The notes beneath the pieces are model-generated. The model searched no databases and was not told the origin of the DNA. It saw only the letters and a list, made by a program, of their open reading frames with translations. Shown piece by piece: positions 57,983 to 64,000 of a stretch of 64,000 nt of DNA; position 1 is the first letter of the stretch; each line of letters starts with the position of its first letter. The stretch is taken from the IMG/VR virus record IMGVR_UViG_3300035703_002708. One strand, given 5' to 3'. Position numbers and translations under genes: made by a program. The stretch is from a virus. Its lineage: Duplodnaviria > Caudoviricetes.

Positions 57983-58708
57983 ATGAAAATAGGTGTATTA
58001 AAATCAAGAGTCGAGAAATTACTTTCTGAATCATATGGAAAAGGAACTTTCAAAGAAGAAATTAAAAACTTCAATAGAAATGTTTTATCTAATAAAAACA
58101 TATCTAAATTATTTTTTCTTTATGATGAGTTATCAACAAATAAAGGTTATGACCAAAAATTGGCTGAAGATTTTGTTTTTGAATCAATCACTATGTTCGA
58201 AAACATTATAAATAAGACAGACAAAAGAGATTTGGAAAAACTTAAAAAGTGGGTTATTAGTGTTAATTCACATAACCAATACACCGACATAGATAACTTG
58301 TTTTACAACTCTGGTGATGTTCTACATTTAGAAAACAAAGTTAGAAGTAAGAAGATAATCGTTGAGGGTTTGAAAAAAACTCAAATTAACGAGAACAAAG
58401 AAACTATTCTTTTACCTTTGAGTTCTATGGTCAAGGTTGCAAATAAAACTATAGAAGAATTTATATCTAATCTAAACGAGTCAGAAAAGAAAGAACTTAA
58501 TTTATTACTAAAAGAGGATGAGTCAGTTTTAGTTGAGCAATTCCAAAATCTAAAAGACGAGGCGGTAGTTAAGTTAGTTGTTGTATTAGAAGGTGAACCT
58601 ACTGAATCGGTCAGAAATACAATTAATGAGACTATAGATAATATCAAATCCAAGAAATTTGACAGATTAGAGTATTTCAAGTTAAAGAATTTGGTCGATA
58701 ACTTATAA
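57983..58708 (+). CDS. Head-module hypothetical protein
   Basis: 241 aa between portal and protease; TATTTAT at 57959-57965. Confidence 0.7.
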   Translation: MKIGVLKSRVEKLLSESYGKGTFKEEIKNFNRNVLSNKNISKLFFLYDELSTNKGYDQKLAEDFVFESITMFENIINKTDKRDLEKLKKWVISVNSHNQYTDIDNLFYNSGDVLHLENKVRSKKIIVEGLKKTQINENKETILLPLSSMVKVANKTIEEFISNLNESEKKELNLLLKEDESVLVEQFQNLKDEAVVKLVVVLEGEPTESVRNTINETIDNIKSKKFDRLEYFKLKNLVDNL

Positions 58709-58777
58709 TTTTTTGACATTATGACAATCTTTATCTAACTTTTTTTCAGAAAAATAAACTCTGAAAAAAGTGAGAGA

Positions 58778-59230
58778 ATGAAGAAAGGGAAAACCGCTAA
58801 ATTAAGCGGGTTCAAATCGTCAAAAATTAGTTATGGAACAGTAGATTCAAAAAACTTAAAATCAATTTACATTAACATTCAAACTTGGGTTCAACCAAAA
58901 GACGATTATGACAATTGGACAAGAATAGTCCTAAACATGTCAAGAGCAATCAAACATGTTGTATTTAATTGTATCGATAACGAAATGTTTGACGAAAAAT
59001 TTATAGTCGACTTGGATTTAAGAACAAGTGGAATTCAATATAAAAAAAGGTCTTTTATGAATTTAGAAATCAATCTTTATTTATTAGAAGAAATGGATTT
59101 TAAATCCACAAAGTTAAAAAAATCAATAAAATCTATTGTAAGTTGTATACATTCTGACATATTCAGGGGTAACGAATATTTTGATTTTCATTTAAGTAAA
59201 AAGGACAAAACTGAACTTGTTGAGGTATAA
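58778..59230 (+). CDS. Hypothetical protein
   Basis: 150 aa ORF. Confidence 0.7.
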   Translation: MKKGKTAKLSGFKSSKISYGTVDSKNLKSIYINIQTWVQPKDDYDNWTRIVLNMSRAIKHVVFNCIDNEMFDEKFIVDLDLRTSGIQYKKRSFMNLEINLYLLEEMDFKSTKLKKSIKSIVSCIHSDIFRGNEYFDFHLSKKDKTELVEV

Positions 59231-59266
59231 ATATAAAGTTCAAAGTATTTATATAAAAATATCGAT

Positions 59267-59995
59267 ATGAACGAACTTAAAATATTGAAACCCTATGAAT
59301 CAGGGAAAGGAATTCTTATTGAGTATGATGCGGGATATGTGTCACCAAAAGAGTTCGGAAATCAAAATATTTTGATGGAATCCAAAAGTTTTATGGACCA
59401 CAGTAAACCTTTTGAGTTTTATGCGGTTCTACAAAAATATAACACACCAAATCGTAATGGTAGGATTTACCCTGAGAAAATATTAAAAAGAGAAGCAGAA
59501 AATTATAAGAAAATGATTAATAAGGGTGTTTCACTTTCTGAGTTGAACCACCCTGAATCATCTCTCATAGATTTAGATAGAGTTTCTCACATAATAACAG
59601 ATATATGGTGGGATGGAATAATACTAATGGGTAAATTAAGATTATTAACTTCGCCAGGTTTTCACGAAAGAGGTATTTGCTCAACAAAAGGAGATTTAGC
59701 AGCAAATTATTTAAGACAAGGAGTAACTTTAGGTATCTCTTCAAGGGGTGTTGGTTCATTAAAGAAAATAGGTGAACAAAATGAAGTTCAGGATGATTTT
59801 GAATTAATTTGTTTTGACTTGGTATCTTCACCCTCTACTCCTGGTGCGTACCTATTTTCTAACCCTGAGGATAGAGGTAATTTTGAGGAGAATTTGGAAG
59901 AAGAAAAACAAACTCAGAGAGAACGTCACGTAGGACCTGAAGCGAATAATTCTTTAGACCTAATGAAAAGATTAAACACTTATCTCAATAAGTAA
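59267..59995 (+). CDS. Prohead core protease (T4 gp21-like)
   Basis: NRNGRIYP, SELNHP, DRVSH, LGISSRGVGS, FDLVSSPS. Confidence 0.93.
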   Translation: MNELKILKPYESGKGILIEYDAGYVSPKEFGNQNILMESKSFMDHSKPFEFYAVLQKYNTPNRNGRIYPEKILKREAENYKKMINKGVSLSELNHPESSLIDLDRVSHIITDIWWDGIILMGKLRLLTSPGFHERGICSTKGDLAANYLRQGVTLGISSRGVGSLKKIGEQNEVQDDFELICFDLVSSPSTPGAYLFSNPEDRGNFEENLEEEKQTQRERHVGPEANNSLDLMKRLNTYLNK

Positions 59996-60044
59996 TTCTT
60001 GATTTTATAAAATGTTTTAATGATATTTTATAAAAAATAAAATT

Positions 60045-60260
60045 ATGGACGAAAAATATTTCATCGCAAAACTTTACTATGAATTTCCTGATGAAGAAAC
60101 TGGTAAAGTAAAAAAAGTTAAAGAAGAAAAACTTGTAAAAGGTTATAGTCCCACAGATGTTGAGGCTAAGATTACAAAAAGGTATAGTGAATTGACTTGG
60201 GATTGGAGAATAACATCTATCGCTGAAAGCAAAATTGACGAGGTAATCGAAGTATTATAA
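60045..60260 (+). CDS. DUF4494-like small protein
   Basis: YFIAKL.YE..ETGKVKKVKEEKLV..S.TDVEAKI resembles the Bacteroidota DUF4494 pattern. Confidence 0.5.
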   Translation: MDEKYFIAKLYYEFPDEETGKVKKVKEEKLVKGYSPTDVEAKITKRYSELTWDWRITSIAESKIDEVIEVL

Positions 60261-60283
60261 ATTTTTTTCTTAAAAGACTTAAT

Positions 60284-60320
60284 GAAAAAGGGGACTCGAT
60301 AGGGTTCCCTTTTTTTATTT
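60284..60320 (+). terminator. Intrinsic terminator
   Basis: aaaaagggact..gttcccttttttt. Confidence 0.7.
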
Positions 60321-60407
60321 ATTTTATTTTTTTTAAATGAAAATTTGAGAAAATGTATTTTTTTACGTATGTGACAATATTTATATGAAAAAATATACAT
60401 TTATAAA

Positions 60408-61952
60408 ATGGCAAAAGAAAAAAATTTGGTTGAGGACGCTCTTATTCAAATGAAGAATTTGGAAGAAGCGGTAGCCGAGAATGCAAAAGGAATACTTGCA
60501 TCTACAATGAAGCAAGAAATCAAAGAATTAGTAAAAGAATCTATCGTGTCAGAACAAGGTGATGATGACGAGGAGATTGGAACAGATGATGAAATGGATG
60601 TGGACATGGATTCAGATGAAATGGATATTGATATGGACTCTGATGAGGAGGATATGGATATAGACATGGATTCAGATGAGATGGAAATGGATATGGATTC
60701 TGATATGAGTGACACCGAAATGTCTGATGATGATGATGTAATTGATTTATCAGGTACTGATATTTCCGATGAAGACCTTCTTAAGGTTTTCTTGGCTATG
60801 GACGATGAGGACGGTATCACAGTAAAAAAAGACAACAATATGATTAATCTAAAAGATGACAACACAGATAAAGAGTACATGATTCAAACTGAATCTGAGG
60901 AATTTGGTTCTGACTTCGATAGTTTTATTGAGGAAGATGAGGAATTCGCTATGGAGGGAGATGAATACATGGAAGAAATGGATTCAGAAACTGATGGTGG
61001 ATTTGCACCTCATGGCGACATGATGGAAGATGAATATTTCATGGAAGAAGATGACGAAACTAATTCTGAAGATATTTCTATTGAAGATATTGTTAGTCAG
61101 GTTTTCGGAGAAGATTCTTCAGAAGAAACAGATGAAGTAGTATACGAAATCGAAATGGATGAAGAAATGGACGAAGAGTTAGATGAAGAAATGGACGAGG
61201 AGTTAGATGAAGAAATGGACGAAGAAGGTTATCAAATGGAGTCAACTAAACCAAAAATTGGTAAAGGTGCTAAAATTGGTAAACCTAAATTCTCATATAA
61301 AAAATCTTCAGGTGGCTTTAAAGAGGACATGAAAAAAGGTACAAGAGGTGTCGGTATGGGCAAAGGACCTAAATTTGAATTCAAAGAGGGTAAAAAAGAT
61401 ATTTCCGATGCAGTAAAAAAAGAAATGACACCTTTCGAAAAGAAAGAAACCAAAGAAGCGGCTCGTACGTTAAGTAACGGAAAACACTTTAGAAGAGGTG
61501 GTTTATCAAAACCAAGAGCTCATTCTAAATTTAACGTAAGTATTGATGAACAAAAAAATTTGGAGCAAATTCAAATTTTGAGAGAGAAAAATGAAGAATA
61601 TCGTAAGGCTCTTAATGTGTTCAGAGATAAACTTAATGAAGTTGCGGTTTTTAATTCGAATTTGGCATATGCAACAAGATTGTTCACTGAACATTCAACA
61701 TCTAAACAAGAAAAAATTAACATCTTACGAAGATTTGATGGTGTAGAATCTCTAAAAGAATCAAAAAATCTTTATCGCACAATCAAAAGTGAATTAACAT
61801 CAACAAACAAAACGTCGATTACTGAATCGATTGGAGAAAAAATTGAAAGAACTCCATCTTCAGGTTCAGCATCGACATTAATCGAATCTAAAACTTATGA
61901 GAATCCTCAATTCTTAAGAATGAAAGATATCATGAGTAAGATTATAAAATAA
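60408..61952 (+). CDS. Prohead scaffolding protein (T4 gp22-like)
   Basis: Very acidic; C-terminal LNEVAVFNSNLAYATRLF..F; immediately upstream of the capsid gene. Confidence 0.8.
   Translation: MAKEKNLVEDALIQMKNLEEAVAENAKGILASTMKQEIKELVKESIVSEQGDDDEEIGTDDEMDVDMDSDEMDIDMDSDEEDMDIDMDSDEMEMDMDSDMSDTEMSDDDDVIDLSGTDISDEDLLKVFLAMDDEDGITVKKDNNMINLKDDNTDKEYMIQTESEEFGSDFDSFIEEDEEFAMEGDEYMEEMDSETDGGFAPHGDMMEDEYFMEEDDETNSEDISIEDIVSQVFGEDSSEETDEVVYEIEMDEEMDEELDEEMDEELDEEMDEEGYQMESTKPKIGKGAKIGKPKFSYKKSSGGFKEDMKKGTRGVGMGKGPKFEFKEGKKDISDAVKKEMTPFEKKETKEAARTLSNGKHFRRGGLSKPRAHSKFNVSIDEQKNLEQIQILREKNEEYRKALNVFRDKLNEVAVFNSNLAYATRLFTEHSTSKQEKINILRRFDGVESLKESKNLYRTIKSELTSTNKTSITESIGEKIERTPSSGSASTLIESKTYENPQFLRMKDIMSKIIK
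61157..61225 (+). repeat. 24 bp coding tandem repeat (DEEMDEEL)
   Basis: gatgaagaaatggacga(a/g)gagtta about 2.7 copies. Confidence 0.8.
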
Positions 61953-61980
61953 AAAATAAACTTAAAAAAATATTTCCAAA

Positions 61981-63849
61981 ATGGGAGCATTATTAGAATC
62001 AGGTCTTGTTGGTAACATCGGTCTTAAGCACCTTAAAGTTATCAAAGAAGATACAATTAACAAATGGGACAAATTAGGGTTCCTAGAAGGTCTTAAAGGC
62101 CACCTAAAAGAAAACGTTGCACAACTTTATGAAAACCAAGCATCGTTCTTAATTAACGAAGCAACATCTGACTCATCTTCAGGTTCATTCGAAACTGTTG
62201 TATTTCCAATCGTTAGACGTGTGTTTTCTAAATTGTTGGCGAACGAAATCGTATCAGTACAAGCAATGAACTTACCAATCGGTAAATTGTTCTACTTCGT
62301 ACCTAAAATCCAAGGATACTCAGGGGCAACTGCAGATGCAACAATCCCTGGAGGATATTCAGATTCAGGTGACCACTACGCACCTGTAGGTTCACCGGGT
62401 AATTATCCAGGAAACACCGCAGCTGGATATTCTACTGGTACACCTTATACTAAAAACCTTTATGATTTGTTCTACGAAGGTACTGAACCAGGTTTGAATC
62501 CTGCCGGTCTATTCGATTACTCTAAAGGTAGATTTACAGTTGTTACTGCAGATACTCAAACAGTTGTTTGGTCAAACGGTGCCTTAACACCTCAAGCATA
62601 CACTGCAGGAGAATATAGAAAAATTTTAGTACAACTTTCAGGATTTTCTACTGCAGGTGTTGGTAAACTAATCGGACCTGACGGTCAAGAAGTGGATAGT
62701 GAAACTTTTCTATCTAATTTGATTCTTTATACGGCAAATTCAACTGTGGCCGATGAACTCACTGACAGTACTGCAAATGTTTATACTCCACTATTATTCC
62801 GTGTTGTTACACAAAAATATGGTCAAGGTATCGTAGGACCAACTTATACATCAACTCAAGCACCTTTCAATAGAACTACAACTGGCGGTAATGGTGGTTA
62901 CTATGATAACATCTGTAACCAAGCAGGTATCATCTATTTGGAAATCGATGCACAGGTTCCTGTTTGTGTTTCATGTGGTCAATCAACACCTGATGGTTAT
63001 TCAGGAGCGACAATTACAACTGCAGCATGGTCTGGTACAGGTGCAAACGCACCAATCAGAGCGGCTTGGAGACGTTACGAAGAACTAGAATTCGAAGATA
63101 AAATTGGTGAGGTTTCTTTCGACCTTCAGTCTGTGACTGTATCGGTAACTGAAAGAAAACTAAGAGCACAATGGTCTCCTGAACTTGCTCAAGACGTTGC
63201 AGCGTTCCATAACATCGATGCTGAGGCTGAATTGACAGCGTTGTTGTCAGAACAAGTCGCGGCTGAAATTGACCGTGAAATTTTACGTGACTTACGTAAA
63301 GGGGCGGCTTGGAACCTACGTTGGGATTACAACGGATGGAAGCGTCTGTCTTCATCAGGAACTACTCCGTACACTCAAAAAGATTGGAATCAAACTTTGA
63401 TTACAGCAATTAACCAAATTTCTGCACAAATCCACAAGTCAACTCTTCGCGGTGGTGCTAACTGGATTGTTGTATCATCTGAGGTTTCGGCAATTTTTGA
63501 TGATTTGGAATATTTCCACGTATCAAATGCTTCACCTGAGCAAGACCAATACAATATGGGTATTGAAAGAGTGGGTACATTAGCTGGTCGTTACCAAGTA
63601 TATCGTGACCCATACTTCCCTGCGAACCAAGTATTGATTGGCCACAAAGGTACTTCGTTACTTGATACAGGTTACATTTACGCTCCTTACGTACCTCTAC
63701 AGTTGACTCCAACTATGTACAATCCATTCAACTTTACACCTATCAAAGGTATCATGACACGTTACGCTAAGAAAATGGTTAACAACCGTTTCTACGGACG
63801 TATCACAGTTGACGGTGTACGTACCTTCGATTTGAATGAATTGAGATAA
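61981..63849 (+). CDS. Major capsid protein (T4 gp23-like)
   Basis: VRRVFSKLLANEIVSVQAMNLP, RKLRAQWSPELAQD..H.IDAEAEL, GGANWIV, YAPYVPL, TRYA. Confidence 0.96.
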   Translation: MGALLESGLVGNIGLKHLKVIKEDTINKWDKLGFLEGLKGHLKENVAQLYENQASFLINEATSDSSSGSFETVVFPIVRRVFSKLLANEIVSVQAMNLPIGKLFYFVPKIQGYSGATADATIPGGYSDSGDHYAPVGSPGNYPGNTAAGYSTGTPYTKNLYDLFYEGTEPGLNPAGLFDYSKGRFTVVTADTQTVVWSNGALTPQAYTAGEYRKILVQLSGFSTAGVGKLIGPDGQEVDSETFLSNLILYTANSTVADELTDSTANVYTPLLFRVVTQKYGQGIVGPTYTSTQAPFNRTTTGGNGGYYDNICNQAGIIYLEIDAQVPVCVSCGQSTPDGYSGATITTAAWSGTGANAPIRAAWRRYEELEFEDKIGEVSFDLQSVTVSVTERKLRAQWSPELAQDVAAFHNIDAEAELTALLSEQVAAEIDREILRDLRKGAAWNLRWDYNGWKRLSSSGTTPYTQKDWNQTLITAINQISAQIHKSTLRGGANWIVVSSEVSAIFDDLEYFHVSNASPEQDQYNMGIERVGTLAGRYQVYRDPYFPANQVLIGHKGTSLLDTGYIYAPYVPLQLTPTMYNPFNFTPIKGIMTRYAKKMVNNRFYGRITVDGVRTFDLNELR

Positions 63850-63867
63850 TCAGTTTATAATTACTTA

Positions 63868-63908
63868 TGAAAAAGGGACAAGAAATTGTCCCTTTTTTTA
63901 TTTTTTTT
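63868..63908 (+). terminator. Intrinsic terminator after capsid gene
   Basis: aaaagggacaa-gaaa-ttgtccctttttt. Confidence 0.9.
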
Positions 63909-63942
63909 AGTTGTTAGGATATTTATTATAAAAGTAAACATT

Positions 63943-64000
63943 ATGGCTAATAGATTAATGACAGGAACTACTTGTGGGAACAGCTCAGTTCTCACATTCA
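63943..64000 (+). CDS. 5' part of next late gene (truncated by the window)
   Basis: ATG at 63943, MANRLMTGTTCG...; TATTTAT at 63920-63926. Confidence 0.55.
   Translation, partial: MANRLMTGTTCGNSSVLTF

Noticed and set aside
50986-61225. CRISPR array from the 24-33 bp repeats
   Set aside because: Repeats are adjacent without unique spacers, in frame, and encode acidic low-complexity protein
54304-63849. Inteins or group I introns in terminase, portal or capsid
   Set aside because: ORFs are continuous, with no intein splice-junction or LAGLIDADG motifs noticed

Overview
AT-rich 64 kb segment of a large (probably jumbo) T4-like tailed phage, read in the standard genetic code. The right end carries the T4-type head module: terminase large subunit, portal, prohead protease, scaffold and major capsid. 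The left end has an inverted block of giant fibre/adhesin-like genes (847 and 2746 aa). The host is very likely a Bacteroidota bacterium: TAnnTTTG (-7) promoters, a T9SS type-B C-terminal sorting domain with SprB-like repeats, lipoprotein and Ala|Gln signal peptides, and a DUF4494-like gene. Accessory content: purine/folate genes (DHFR, PurA, GMP reductase), an RNA healing/sealing cluster beside tRNAs, four tRNAs (one atypical and initiator-like), a tmRNA, a ClpC-like ATPase and Hsp20 sharing a sigma54-like intergenic region, multidomain murein hydrolases (one fused to a nucleotidyltransferase), a ~700 nt hairpin-rich ORF-free transcript and two short promoter-to-terminator RNAs. Two promoter classes (TAnnTTTG and TATTTAT) often sit 4 nt before the start codon, suggesting leaderless mRNAs. 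All calls come from reading motifs by eye; no searches or folding were run.
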